Shown piece after piece: positions 11,900 through 24,740 of a DNA stretch of 64,000 nt (positions within the stretch are counted from its first letter, which is position 1; every line of letters begins with the position of its first letter). A program made the translations under genes and the position numbers. This DNA is from Botryllus schlosseri (taxonomy: Eukaryota): contig CM119372.1 in the NCBI GenBank assembly GCA_051294905.1, forward strand, positions 11,658,001-11,722,000, written 5' to 3'. The notes beneath the pieces are model-generated. The model was not told the DNA's origin. It saw only the letters and a list, made by a program, of their open reading frames with translations, and did not search any database.

Positions 11900-12820
11900 A
11901 TGGACCCACAGCAACAAGCAGATAATGACAATCACGCAAACCAATGCAACCCCAACAACGACAGGTAAGAGATGTTGTGATGTCATCAGCCCCAATGACA
12001 TCTGTGAATCAGCAATTCGAAGATAAAGTGCCGATCATAATCCATCAAGTAGCAACAATTGTAATCATTATATTAACACGGAAGAGCAAGATCGAAAATA
12101 ATACTTCAGCCTATCAGCTTTCGACATGGTTATGAGGTTGTGTACTGTTGTGCAGTCTAGGAATTTATAAGGTATTTGACCCTGACTATATGTGTATAAT
12201 ACTGTGTATAGAGATCACGTTTTGCCGCTACCAGTTGCTAGTCAGGGATGTTGAATCTGACGTAGAAAGAACATTATTAAATGCCAGTCAACCTGCACTG
12301 CCACTATCAGCGCGAGGAAAACAACTAGCCTACACTTAAATGGAAAATGAAAAGTATTAAGGGCGCTGAAAAATAGGAAATTATGTGTCCATCCGAACCA
12401 TCTCGGACCGTCGTTGCCTGCAGAGACATTTGGAATTGGATGCATTATTGCTATGGCATTAATGTATAATGATACTGCAGTGCTATATCGTTTACTCACT
12501 ATTACACCTTTACGAATAGCCCAATTCTTTCACAGATATGACGGATATACGTCTGGATATGGCGGTGATGGAACACAAGCCGATCTCGACAACCACGCTA
12601 ATCAAATGAATCCAAATAACTCCAGGTATATAGAATTAGGACTATTGTCATATATTACATATTAAGCTAACGATCCAAGTCTAAGTTTTTCGTAAAATAA
12701 TTCTAAAAACTGTAATATCGCCTAGTTGTAGTAGAAATAGCAGTAGCCTATATCAAAAAATATGATATAGATATCTTGGTTTACTGCCCATTGTAATTCT
12801 TTTTCAGATACCAAGGATAA
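11900..12820 (+). CDS. Micro-peptide gene copy C, 55 aa; exons 11900-11964, 12536-12625, 12808-12820
   Basis: Spliced product MDPQQQADNDNHANQCNPNNDRYDGYTSGYGGDGTQADLDNHANQMNPNNSRYQG*. Donors GTAAGA and GTATAT, acceptors TTTCACAG and TTTTCAG, AATAAA at 12897-12902. Confidence 0.82.
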
Positions 12821-13921
12821 ATAAGATGCATGACATGTCGACGTATTGATCGTTTAGCAGTAACAATTTTGGGTTTTCATTTATTGCAAGTTGGCGAATA
12901 AAAACTGCGCTTATTGTTCTCCTGCTATTTACCTCTTACTCTGCGTCAGGTTACTACAGCTGCGAGTTTTACCATGCGTTGGACAGGCGAAAGGCAGTCG
13001 TTCCGTCGGCGGGAAGTTGTGGATAAGTCAAAAGTTTCAAATTTGCCATACATAAGCAGGATAATTACTTCATTGGCTGTGACCGCATTGCTAACGCGGT
13101 TTCTAACACCCATGCCAATGCTTTCCGTTTCAAGGTTTGCAACCTTGTTATAGCCGCGGACCACTTTCCGGTTTGAAAATATCCCGTCGTCCACCTTTCC
13201 AAGTTGTGTTGGAACTAGGGTTGCATTTGAAACCAATGGCTGTTTAAAGCACTTTGTTTAAAACAAATTGTGTTTTTTAAAAGTTTTATAATTGTGCCAT
13301 AAATGGCCCCGCTCTTTCTCTTCATCTACCTTGTCCGAATAATAGCCGAGGCAGTTACAGCTTTCCAGAGAAAAAATGTCGGGCAAATCTAATCATAACA
13401 GCAAACAAATTTGTATAATACAAGTTCGGCACATTTTCATCATCAAGCCTTATCATCGTAACCGCTTTTCTCCGACTCGTTTTTGGCTGATGGCTAATAC
13501 CTAGTACCCAACACAATGAACTTGGACATGTATTAACATAACATATTCACAGTGGAACGCTATAAGCGCGAATAAATTTGTGCGTTGCAAGAAATTCAAA
13601 AAATATTACATGAATGTTAAATGATCGCTTTATAGTGCGGTCGAGACTCAAATTTATACCCGGGTCGAGAGGTTTTTTTTAAAGTATTGGTCGCAAAGGG
13701 TACAATCGTAGCATACTAATGTTTAAAATGCATCCTTTTTGATGTGTGAGGCTTGGGTCGCGTGATGCCACTAAAACCATTGTTTCTGTCTGAAAGCATT
13801 TGCCACTCACCGAAAATACGGTGTATTTTGGATAGAAGTGTTTGATGATTCTTAAAGAGACCTGGTAATCCAAGCACTAGAAGTTCTTGTACAAAACCCA
13901 ACAACTTACTTGACCGTAAAG

Positions 13922-15486
13922 CAGGGGCGAGCAACATACGGCCCGCGGGCCGGATCCGGCCCGTGAAGGGATTTTTTTCCGGCCCGCGGACAGTTTTCCG
14001 TCTTACATGATAATGTAGCTCGCGGCCCTATAGTCTACCGAGATTCCCCACTACTTGCTACTACGTCAAATTTTAGTGACCGTATACATGGTGACTGTAT
14101 ACATACTGCATACATACTGCTGTATACATAGTTTTTAGTAGGCCATGATCCAGCCAATCCTAGACGTGATATTATCGAATAGGCAAGCTCAATTTTAGCA
14201 CTAATAGTAAATTCAGTGTATTATGTATAACACACATTGTTTCTTTTCTCATTAATCTGTTTTTATTCGTTTCGTTATATTTCATGGTGGGTCGCGCAAT
14301 AAAACTTGCATTCTAAGTGGGTCGCTAACTGAAAAAGATGGGGATGCACTGATTTAACACACGTAGCATTGGACGACAATGCCGCTCGCGACATTTTCAG
14401 AAGTAACGACTGGCGCAAAACGACGTCGTAACGCTGCGTTTTTACGCGGCCATCAAAACGCAAGAAGTTAACCTATAATTACCTAATTTATACGCCGCGA
14501 CCGTTACGCTGTTCTGTGAGGCCGTTGTGAGTACGTCAGTGACAACGAAAAAGCGATAACGCAACAAGCCCACTGACTATAAGATTATGTATTATTATAA
14601 CTACACAGTTTTTTTTTTCAAATTAGAGTAGAATTAGAATTATTGAATTCGTGAAAACTTGGAAATTGAATCATCAAGTTCAGTTCGTACCAAGCCAGAG
14701 TTGATTATCTCGAGCATGAGTACGGCAAATGTCTGTACACCAAAGCTTTAGTACGCCGTGCTGTATATTAGTGTATACGTGTATGGGATGCGCAGCGTTG
14801 CGAGAGTGGAGCTTACGCGTAAGTTCGTCGAAGCGAGAAGACTTGCATTATCGGCATTTACGAAGCACTCAACCCTAATTTCGTCTGTGGTAATCATGAT
14901 TTTTGTCGACTACAATGGTCATTTACACCAGGCTGATATTTCTTATTTTTGATTCCGTAACCGCTGACTTGTAGCACGGCACACTTCAAGGCTCTTGTAA
15001 GGCACCGCTTATGCCAGGGATCGCCAACTCAAAACGGGTCGCAGGCCACTTTATAATTTCGTAGAGGACGCGGGCCGCATGAATTCAATATCGAGATTAA
15101 TTAGGCCACACAGTTGAACAACGACGCTATCTCGTCACCTACTCAATCCTAATGAATCTCAATACTCAATAATAACTAATATTCTTGGTAAATTAGGGTT
15201 ACCGGTCTTCTCGAACGCCTTGAAATCATAATTAGGGATGGCGCCGTGCGTTGATTGATCAGAGAGAAGGAGACATGGCGGCGCTTGTATGACAATGCCA
15301 TTCTCAAATTGAAATGGCTTCGATTCGAAGTAACATTGCTGTCGTTAAAATACATTCATTAAATACGATTTATTCTTTGTATATGTGGATAAATGGGCGA
15401 ATAATGTATCGATTCAGCAATCCGGCCCGTCAAGTACCTAATTTTTCTATATCCGGCCCGCCGACTGGAGAAGTTGCCCGCCCCTG
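13922..15486. mobile_element. Non-autonomous hAT element (CAGGGGCG termini, GGCCCG subterminal repeats)
   Basis: TIR CAGGGGCGAGCAAC / GTTGCCCGCCCCTG; TSD CCGTAAAG/CCGTAAAA. Confidence 0.8.
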
Positions 15487-15571
15487 CCGTAAAAGGTTTT
15501 AGTGCAATATAGTTGAAATCAAAAGGACGAAATAGAATTGAATTTTTTAAGAGAAACTTGATGGCCTAAAC

Positions 15572-18168
15572 CAGGGGCCGGCAACCTTTTGTATGCAGCG
15601 TGCCAAAATGTCAAAAAGTGTGAAACTATTACCAACTGGCGTGCCAAACATTTTTAATTTTGTCATATTTAGCGTTTCAAGCAAGGAATCCCACCGACCG
15701 GTTATCTGCAGCTGGTAACGGCCTCAGTTACGACAGTGATTCTTAAATTACACTGGCCAACAAAATGAAAAAAAAATTGGCAGACCATCCGAGAGCTGTT
15801 TCTGGTGTTTTTGAGGTTGCTGATTACGAGTATTACATTAGTTTTGTCAGATTGGCTCTTTGTCAGAAGATATTTATACCCCTAAAAAAGACCAAAATTT
15901 ATGTATTTACCCTTAAATATTTCACTTGGTAGGAAGAAAATCGTAGTTTTTCCAATTTTATACTGCACATAAATAGCTAATTGACTATGAAGAACCCTCA
16001 TGTCATTCTCAGTCATTCTATCAATATCAACATGACAAGATGTGAAATATTTGTTTGTCAAAAAGCAGTTTGTCAAGCCTAAAAATAGTACTTTGGCACA
16101 ACCGAAATACATATTCTCTTGTATCAATTGGTCATTCTACCAAGATTAAAGAGTATAAAGCTGTAAAATTTGTCCTTGAAAGGCTCAACCACAATACTCA
16201 TATGCGTCTCATTTCTTTTGACTGGTAAATGGATAATTTTCCGCTGAGTCAACAAAGTGGGTATACCTAGTAACCCAAACGAGAAGCTGAAATCTGGTAT
16301 CTGGTCTATTCGACTACCGATGAAGGATTCCAATTTCACATTAGCAAGAAGTTCACTGCATGTAATTTCTCCAAAGATGTAGTAAATAAAACTTTTTAGA
16401 TGATCACAAAGCACTCAACTACAAACAGTTGGTCCGAAAATTCGTATCTGCATATCGTCCAGTCATCTTGATATATTTCCTGATCATGTTGTGGATTAGC
16501 AAGGGTAGAAGTTCTACCAAGACATCAGAACGACAAAAGAAAGATATCAGGGGAGATGAGATGAACAATTGAACATATTATGTCAGACCATTGCCGGAAC
16601 CTTTCAACAAACTGCACTTAATAGCTTACGGGCGAAAATCGTACAAAAACAATTGTGATTTGAAACACATCAATAATATTATATTCCAACTGATCATTTC
16701 AAATTTACAATAGGTGGTTGACGTAAAACTGATTGAATTAATGCCACGTTATTTGATTATCTAGGTAAATACTTATATACATGACTGGGGTTCATTTATG
16801 TACATGATATCGGTGAAAGTCTGTAACTATGATAAATCTATTATACTCCTAAATATTGTGCTGTTACTTTAAACTGATTTAAAAGAGTCTTTTGTGTGTA
16901 AAAATAACAAGTAGATTGAATTACTAAACTTTATAGTACGACTGAGTCGATTTTATGTTTAGTCATTACCGTGAAAATGGGGGAGATTTTGGTCAAAATA
17001 GCCCAATGAGCTATCTCCACAACAAGAGCCAACTTGAGAAAAGTAAGGTCATAATCGGAACCAGCGCCCTTCAGAACCCCCAAAAGCAATCTTCCATTGT
17101 CTGCCTAAAAATATGTGTTGACCAGTGTTACAGAACGCTTCCGCACTAGACATATCGCTGTACGCAATGTTTGCACCATTTACTTCTAGTTGCTCAATGG
17201 TAGATCTTCGATGGTTGCTTTGATCGTTTTTAAGCCAGCTTTGTTCGCTACCGCATACCCAATCAGTGACAGGCCAGTAAATGTTGTTACGATGATGTGT
17301 CCTAATGATGAAAATGTGCCCACCTCTGTAGTACCAGTGTATCATACTATTCGGTTTGATGTCACATTAAGGTTGGTCTGGCACTCGATTGGTCTGCTAA
17401 GCTCCAAAGGTCGCGGTAAAGCGGTAAAGGTTGTCGTTACTCCAGATATATTGGAATTAGACACGGATGGGGGTCATTATTTTGCTCGGTTGGTCTCATT
17501 TGATACAAGCGGCTCAAGCTGATGGCGCTGGTCATTTCGGACAGTGGACATACCGATGTCGAACGTTTTGGCCAACATGCGGTGGTTATTTTTTCAGGGT
17601 TTTATCGCTGCCAATCATTTTGAAAGCGCATACACCGCCGGGAGTCGCATGGTTGCATGTTTCCCGAAACATAACGTCTATGTCGTGTCTTCTACAGCGT
17701 GAAAACGTACAGCGTGAAAATGTACAGCGTCGAAATTCCGGTTCATGTAATAGTCGCGTTCTCGCAGGCTGCACAGTGAAAACTCCTAAACTAAAGCATC
17801 CAAACGGTTTCATACGATGCTAAGTTGTCTTTCTTTCATAATTACTAATACGGTTGGACTCATTTCTGTACGTTATTCATATTTGTGGGGCGTTCCCACA
17901 TTATAACCAAGAAATCAGGTACCAATAAATCGCGCAAAGCGCGGAAAAAAATTCAAAATTATTAAAATCTGCCTCAAAAGACTTTATTTGTTGTTGATTT
18001 AGGAAATATTCTTGGGTCGCCTACGAGCTTTATACATTTCAAAGACTTCTGTTTCACTCTTTACTAAAACATAGTTATAATGTCGTTTGCATCAAATCAT
18101 TTGGCGTGCCATGAAAAATCACCTCGCGTGCCACAAATGGCACGCGTGCCGAGGTTTGCCGAACCCTA
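15572..18168. mobile_element. Non-autonomous hAT element carrying a nested insertion
   Basis: TIR CAGGGGCCGGCAAC / GTTTGCCGAACCCTA; CGTGCC subterminal repeats; perfect TSD GCCTAAAC. Confidence 0.8.
15751..17127. mobile_element. Chapaev3-like (CMC) non-autonomous element nested in the hAT element
   Basis: TIR CACTGGCCAACA / TGTTGACCAGTG with 3-bp TTA duplication. CAC termini plus TWA TSD are the Chapaev3 signature. Similar right ends occur at about 23374 and 24735. Confidence 0.6.
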
Positions 18169-19351
18169 GCCTAAACAGATGGCCTATACCGGTATAAGCC
18201 TATGGCCTACTTGTTGAACTTCCGAACAAACTATTGAATAGCGTACTTGTTGAACTTCCAAACAAACTATTGATAAGTATCTTCATTTGCTTTTTGTATA
18301 GCAATTTTCCCTTGGTTTGTGCGAATGATTTTATTTTTGCCAAAAAGTACAAATAGTGCTTAAAAAGGTTGGAAAGCACTTCTCTAAAACCTAAGCCTGA
18401 ACAGGAGTCGGTGACGCTCACTGACTGAGGGACACGAGAAACATGACAGGTTCACGGTGATAGTATTTGTACCAATAATGTACCGAATTTCTTACCTTCC
18501 TTTACCCATTTTCTCGCTCTTGATGAGAGTGAATGTGAAAGTAGAATAATCTGATAAACTAAATTTTCACCAACTTCATATTTTATTAAAGGAGTTCTAT
18601 GGTTCACATCAAAATGATCAAATATGTCCCACTATAGTGGCGAGCGCACGAGTTGAAGACCAACGTAATACGATCGTAATGTGTGGGCACAGCGGCTCAA
18701 CTACTCAAAGCCAAGACGGATATCATGTATAATTCTTCGGGTGTAGTAGTAAAAGCAAATATTTTCGACTACCAAATTTATGATTTTGTTAATGAGTAAT
18801 CGATACTTTCTTCTGGTAGTTGCAGTTAGTATCTCTTGTATGCTCGGGTGTGGCGTACATCGGTACGTAGCGAGAAGTGTATGGAGCGCGAAGTTGGAAA
18901 TCTTTTCCCCCGTCGCAATTTTTTTCGCGCTACGCCGCTTTTTACCTCTAACTTATGGTTATTGCTCCATGTATAGTCCGAATTTCATATTTTAGAATTC
19001 CCGCAACAGTAAAAATCCACCATGCCGTCTCACTATACGTTGAGATTGCATACATTCAGTTTTTAAAAATATTTTTGATATTACGATAAAGATGGGCGCA
19101 ACATTTTTCACTGTCATCAAGGGAGGCGCGTCTAAAAAAGTATGAGAACCACTGAACTTGACACTGCAACTCTGAGTGGGTCTTCCAGATACGCATCAGT
19201 GTTCTGTGGTTGTTTTTGATGAAGTTCACGTACGAAAAGGCTGATTCACAACGATAAATAGAACAGAACATGCTTGCAACCTTCATAGCTGCTGCTCAAT
19301 GTGCGCATATACACCACTGTACTTTTCCGTGTCAACAGGGCACCAAATGGT

Positions 19352-20944
19352 GGCGAGATAGCGTAGTGGTATAATCCACAGCTGCAACACCAATGGGTTG
19401 TGAGCAGAGGTGGTCAGTAACGAAGTACTTTTACTTTTTCGAAGTACTCAAGTAGTGTTTCTCTACTTCTGGTACTTACTCAAGTACATCTGCTTTTTCT
19501 ACTTCTACTTCTAATTCGTAATATTTTGTGATGTACTTACTTACTTTTCGCTATTTTCAGTTTGTCAAGTCGAAGTAGTTTAATCCTCCAATCAGGAAGA
19601 TAGCCAGAGGAATTTCGGGGCTGTTTTCACGGAATATCAACATATAATTTTCATAAAAGTCGAGTAAAGCGCAGAATTTTCGTCGAGCTTCGCGCTCAGT
19701 GGATACGGACTAACCAGTATGATTTCACTAAAGTATCGGTGAATATAATTTAGGTAGCGGGTAGGCGTGGATCCGGTCACACCGCATTGTCGCCCTTCGC
19801 CCATATGGAATATTTCATCACAGTATATATGGCTCATCATAACGTTTTAAACTTATGTTTCGCAATCTAGCATTTACTTATCATATCGTAATTTAGCGGT
19901 CCATGGCGTGTGCTAACCTGGAAAAGTGGACTTTGACTTTTTTTAGTTTTAGAGCTGTTTTAGCATTCCACCTTTGAAACATTCTGGACTAAAAACATGA
20001 AATATATTTTCCGCTTTTAATAGTAGTAGTATTTATATTTCACTTTCAATTCCCAGAATCATATACTTCGAGTTCTAATTAATATCAGTTCTTTTGTCTC
20101 GATACCATACATGTTGAAGTATAAAAGAAAGTGTAGTAATGCCTTTAATTTCCGGAAATAAAGCTACACAAAATGACATTTTTGCGATCTACCATATTTT
20201 TTATTAACGTTTAATAATCGGGCAAAGTGTTTACATCGTATCCTGTACAACTTCCCCGTATTGCTCTTCGACTGAACCACGGAACTGATAATATGTGGGA
20301 GTGCGCCTTACCATGATATTTTCTAAAACATGCTGTTCGATTAAACAGAGGATTAGTGTCGCATTTCCATATCAATACTATCATTTTCATCCCATGATGC
20401 GGACGAATGCTTATGCTGTCGAAAATTGCATACCTCCGGGTATTCATCAATATGAATCAAGCTCGACACCTTTCGCATAGCTCAATTTGCACCTCTTGAC
20501 AATCCATGCGAACGAATTACGACCGTTCTAACAACTACTTACTTACTCGAGTAGATTTAAAGTTGTTCAGTTGTACTTCTACTTCAAGTAGTTTTAGGTT
20601 GGTTATGGAAGAAGTACTTCTACTCTTACTTGAGTAGATTTTACGTCGCTACTTCTACTTCTACTTGAGTAGCTTTCTTGATTACTCTGATCACCTCTGG
20701 TTGTGAGATCGAGTCCCACCGAGGTCGACTCCATAATCCTGCCTAAGTGTTTTAGGATTATCTAGGCTCCTCCTCGCCATATCATCTGTGTAAGGTGTAA
20801 GTAAGCGGTGTCTTATTAAAGCCTAGAAGGGGGACGTGCTACAAGCCGGCAGCTACGAAATAAAAATGAAGAAAATTGGCTTGGGGTAAACGACAAACTT
20901 ACCATGGTAGTCGACAAACACCACGAATACCACAAACAAACAAA
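19352..20944 (+). mobile_element. tRNA(Cys-like)-derived SINE, split by a hAT MITE
   Basis: A box TAGCGTAGTGG, CTGCAAC loop, B-box-like GATCGAGTCC after the insertion, (CAAA)n tail, imperfect TSD GGCACCAAATG/GGTACCAAACG; homologous copy at 54020-55602. Confidence 0.75.
19405..20699. mobile_element. hAT-type element (CAGAGGTG termini, TACTT/AAGTA subterminal repeats) nested in the SINE head
   Basis: TIR CAGAGGTGGTCAG / CTGATCACCTCTG; perfect TSD GTTGTGAG. Confidence 0.85.
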
Positions 20945-21329
20945 GGTACCAAACGTTTGTTGCAGCCTGGTGGACTTTAAAGTGGAGGTCATTTTGCAAT
21001 TTTACAGTTTCAATCTAGAACTATGCAGCCTCCAGGCTCAATAGATTTCAATATTCCGGACAGCAGCAACGATTACAGAAAGTTAGAAACATCGTACCAA
21101 ACTGCGTTGAGTGTAAGAGAATCAAGCTGTGTCTAAAGTGTTTATATATATATGTATTGTCATTTGTAAGTTACATGTTAGTGCGATTTTAACAAGAATA
21201 GCTAAATCAATCAATCAATCTATAAATATATAATATCGCACTGGTAAGTGCTGAAATTGGATAAATTTTAGAAGAGGCTCGCGGGCTACCTGGTGAACGC
21301 GGGCACCACGTTGGTGACCTCTGGACTAT

Positions 21330-21551
21330 ATTGACTGTTCTAACAATCCCATATCGATGTATGTCGGATAAATCGGGTGATTATTGTCAGTAGGCTCATA
21401 CAAAATGCTTTTTGGGAAAGTATTCACACAATTATTGCATAATTTTACAACTTGAAATTTTTTTTCTTAAAAGGCCGTTGTTTAAAACACTGTTAAAAAC
21501 ATGTTTTGAATAAAGTGATTTAAAGCACCGTTTATTTTAAATGCAACCCTA
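21330..21551 (+). mobile_element. Truncated right part of a TAGGGTTGCATTTAAAA-family MITE
   Basis: Ends in TTTTAAATGCAACCCTA and aligns with 37110-37335 and 55040-55346. Confidence 0.65.
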
Positions 21552-23048
21552 GCTACGACAGTGAATTTGTTAAAGTTCAGTGTCTTTGCTGTGGGCATCG
21601 AGGACGACTTTTTCTTGCACGCGAACTCCCACTCTTCATTCTCTTTCGCTTTCATGCGTCTACATTCGGGTATCTGCTGCTGACTTTGGAGCTCGGCTCA
21701 CTCTTCCTTCGGGATTTTCAAGACGCTGCGTTAACAGTTGGGTCGGCGATGAGGAGCCCTGATAAACCTCCGACACATAGAAAAATGGTAGAGCCGAGAC
21801 TCGAACCACAACGAACTATCGGATCCCAGAGAAAGACCAGATGAAGGGCACATGCAAGGAAGAGAATTGAAATACCCAGGAAAACGTCTAAGATATAAAT
21901 TGCAAGCGAAACATGGAGATCGAACACATTGACATTGGACACTAGGTCTTGGAGGATGTAAGATTCATTAAGAGATCGTAATTGATCGTTTAGATATTCT
22001 CTTACCGGTTCGTTACATGCCACCGTGTCCTGTGAATAGCATTGGACGTTGTATGTGTATCTTTAGCGGATCAAAATATAGAAGCCTACGAATATTACGA
22101 TTACACTGGTCTAAAAGATTTTTGCGCCGGGACTTCTTTCGGTCAATTATACCTAATTCGGGCGCGCTGAATACGAATCCGACATTATTTTTGCTCTATC
22201 ACATCACGTTTTTGAGATATTATATTGCTGAATATTTCTACTTTTTCGAGGTACTCAAGTAGATTTTGGCTACTTGCAGTACTTACGGAAGTGGTAATGT
22301 TTTACAAGTACTTCAACATCTAACTGAACAGAATTCTGGATGAACCAACCACGTTTGCAATTTGGTTTTTGTGAAGTAGAAAGTAGTTCAGGGATAATAT
22401 TGCACCACTATCGTGAGTTAAGTTGCCATAAGAAACGCGTAAAATAGCCTCTGAATCATGGTAACTGAATATCTTTTTTCGAATATTCTACCCATGGGTG
22501 GTGTCAATAGTCATTTTGCGTTAGCTGCGACGATTTCGTATGTAGCCACCTCCGACTAACTGTTAAAAGTATGCGACTACTCTCCCCCCTACCAAATATG
22601 CTTAGACATTTACTGACTTCTAGTAATTATCAGACCTTTTCATTTCGTCTTCCACTTGAAATAGTTTTCACATGCCTTGAAAATTACTACTTCTACTTGA
22701 GTAGTTATCATGATAAGCACTTTTCCTTGGAAAAGCAGACATTCCGTCTCTATCAATGATTCAAAACAAAATACTACAGATTTGGATCATGTACCGGAGT
22801 GAGCAATTCTCTTCTACATAATATACCAACAATACAATGTTTATTGTTTGCAAACTTTTACGTTTTACGAAAGAGCAGTGTGCTGTCACAAAATGTATTG
22901 GCCGATTAAGTTTGCAGGACCGATGTATAAAGATAGATAACGTAGGGAACTAAATTAGGTACGTAGCTACTAATCACAATCTTTAAACGAAGACTGGTAT
23001 ATAAAGATGATAAATGCTACCGACTAGAAATAGTTGCATCCACATATA

Positions 23049-24735
23049 AATTTATGGGTCGAAAAGAGCTAGAGAACCACTGGATTCAAGTTCATCGAAA
23101 ACTCAGATATTCTGTTCTACAACAACCCAGGTTTCATCATTATAGATTATTTCATTAATAATATTTGATCTGGTACTGTTGTACGCTCACCGTAATGTCA
23201 CTAACGAAATCCGAAACTTGATTAATTTATGAAAATGAGAAAAATACATACCGAAAAAATCTGACATGATAGAGAAAATCTGGGCACAGAATCGGATTCA
23301 ACAGCCTAATATTAACCTAAATCAATCATTGAAAATTCTGGGGCAAAATATTTTTGAAATTTGTTGACCAGTGTAATTTTATGGGTCGAAAAGAGCTTCC
23401 AATAGAACGAAGATAGAGAATCTCTGGATTCAAGTTCACCGAAAACAATATTTACTACAACAACCCAGCTTTCATGATAGATGATTTCAATAACACTATT
23501 TGATCTATTGCTATAGTAATAGGGATGGTGTGAACGTGAGGTTCACGTTCGCGTTCTGTGTGTGAACCTCGGAAATTTATAAGTTCGTGTTTACAACAGA
23601 ACCTTGGTAGGTTCTGCACTGTGAACCTTTTTGGTAAATTGTAATTTTCACTTCATTATAAGATCTTTGTTTCAAATTTATTGCATTTCAACTGCGGGTC
23701 ACTCTATGCATGGCGCTGGCAGCATAAAAAATCAACACTAAATGAGAATGCACCTTGACAACCTTAAAACTTTTTCTTGCTTTTTTGTTACAAAAATTTT
23801 CTCGAAATATCCAGCTTTCCGTTTGTGAATATTTAGTGATTTTCTGCTGTGAGCTTGACCCGCAATCACACAACATCACAAGCGATATTCGTAGTCAGCG
23901 AATGATGCTTATTCAACCAATCAATGACATTGATATCGTTTTCTAATGTAAAAAATCGAGCGGGCGTACGGGGTCAATCTTGATTTCATCATATTTCACT
24001 CATATCTTTACTGTATCATTGAAACCGAATCCGTGCGATTAAGGTGTTGGCTACCGCTGAATAACTTGTTGTTTGTGGTATCGGTAGCGAGCATAGAAAC
24101 CCGTTTTACACTCTGCTCAATATCAATGTAGCAATACTCAGACTCCGAACACATTGTCCGGTCTGGCTAGACCGTTAAGGCGTAGGCTTATATTCCCTGA
24201 TAAGGCCTCGTCGAAATTGTTGGCAAAGCGACGGAATGTATTGATTTTATGATTACCGATTATTGATTACCGCGGTTGATAGATTTGGCGACGTTTAGAA
24301 TGCCAATATGTACTTCAACATTGTAGCATTATGTGGCCCGAGTCTTCGCTAGGTATCGTGTACACTGTATACTGTACTGTACATTAATATAGGCTATCAC
24401 GTCATTGAAAGATAGGGTTGGATTTAGCAATATGACGTCACGTGACGTCACGAGGTTCACGTTCGTGTTCACACAGAACCTTTCAAAAAGGTTCGCGTTC
24501 ACACGAACCTGAACCTTTCAGAGGTCCACACCATCCCTATATAGTATGCTTATCTTGATTTCACTAACGAAAGCCGAAATTTCATTAATGTATGAAAATG
24601 ATAAAAAGGCATACGGAAAAAATCTGACGTGAAAGACAAATTCTGAGCACAGAATCGGATTCCTTAGATTAGCCAGCTGAATCAATCATTAAAATTTTTG
24701 ACCCAATTTTTTTTTTCGAAATTTGTGGACAAGTG
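23049..24735 (+). repeat. Local tandem duplication of about 330 bp; second unit interrupted by a MITE
   Basis: TTTATGGGTCGAAAAGAGCT...CTACAACAACCCAG...CACTAACGAAA...CACAGAATCGGATTC occurs at 23049-23375 and again at 23376-23519 plus 24540-24735. Confidence 0.7.
23520..24539 (-). mobile_element. hAT-type MITE, TAGGGATGGTGTGAAC family (copy 3, inverted)
   Basis: TIRs present; TSD TATAGTAA/TATAGTAT; reverse-complement match to 10906-11866. Confidence 0.88.
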
Positions 24736-24740
24736 ATCAG

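Larger units (their letters stand above)
19155..21110 (-). pseudogene. Relic hAT transposase C-terminus (GTF2IRD2/EPM2AIP1-like dimerisation region), interrupted by a SINE
   Basis: Minus-strand fragments LQNDLHFKVHQAATNVW (about 21000-20945) and VDTEKY...MKVASMFCSIYRCESAFSYVNFIKNNHRT (about 19340-19200) fit the hAT SxFxSTYxCESxFSxMxxIK motif; frameshifted. Confidence 0.7.

Noticed and set aside
12946..13236. Minus-strand TGGTTTCAA (WFQ) suggesting a Hox2 helix 3
   Set aside because: Reads HWFQMQP* and lies at the terminus of a TAGGGTTGCATTT MITE fragment; no homeodomain context.
17690..18275. Short tandem duplications (13-bp TACAGCGTGAAAA units; 36-bp unit at about 18208-18273)
   Set aside because: Ordinary slippage duplications in or beside TE sequence with no further structure.
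21560..21970. Purine-skewed stretch resembling decayed coding sequence
   Set aside because: Stops in the frames I tried and no recognisable motif; cannot be assigned without a search.
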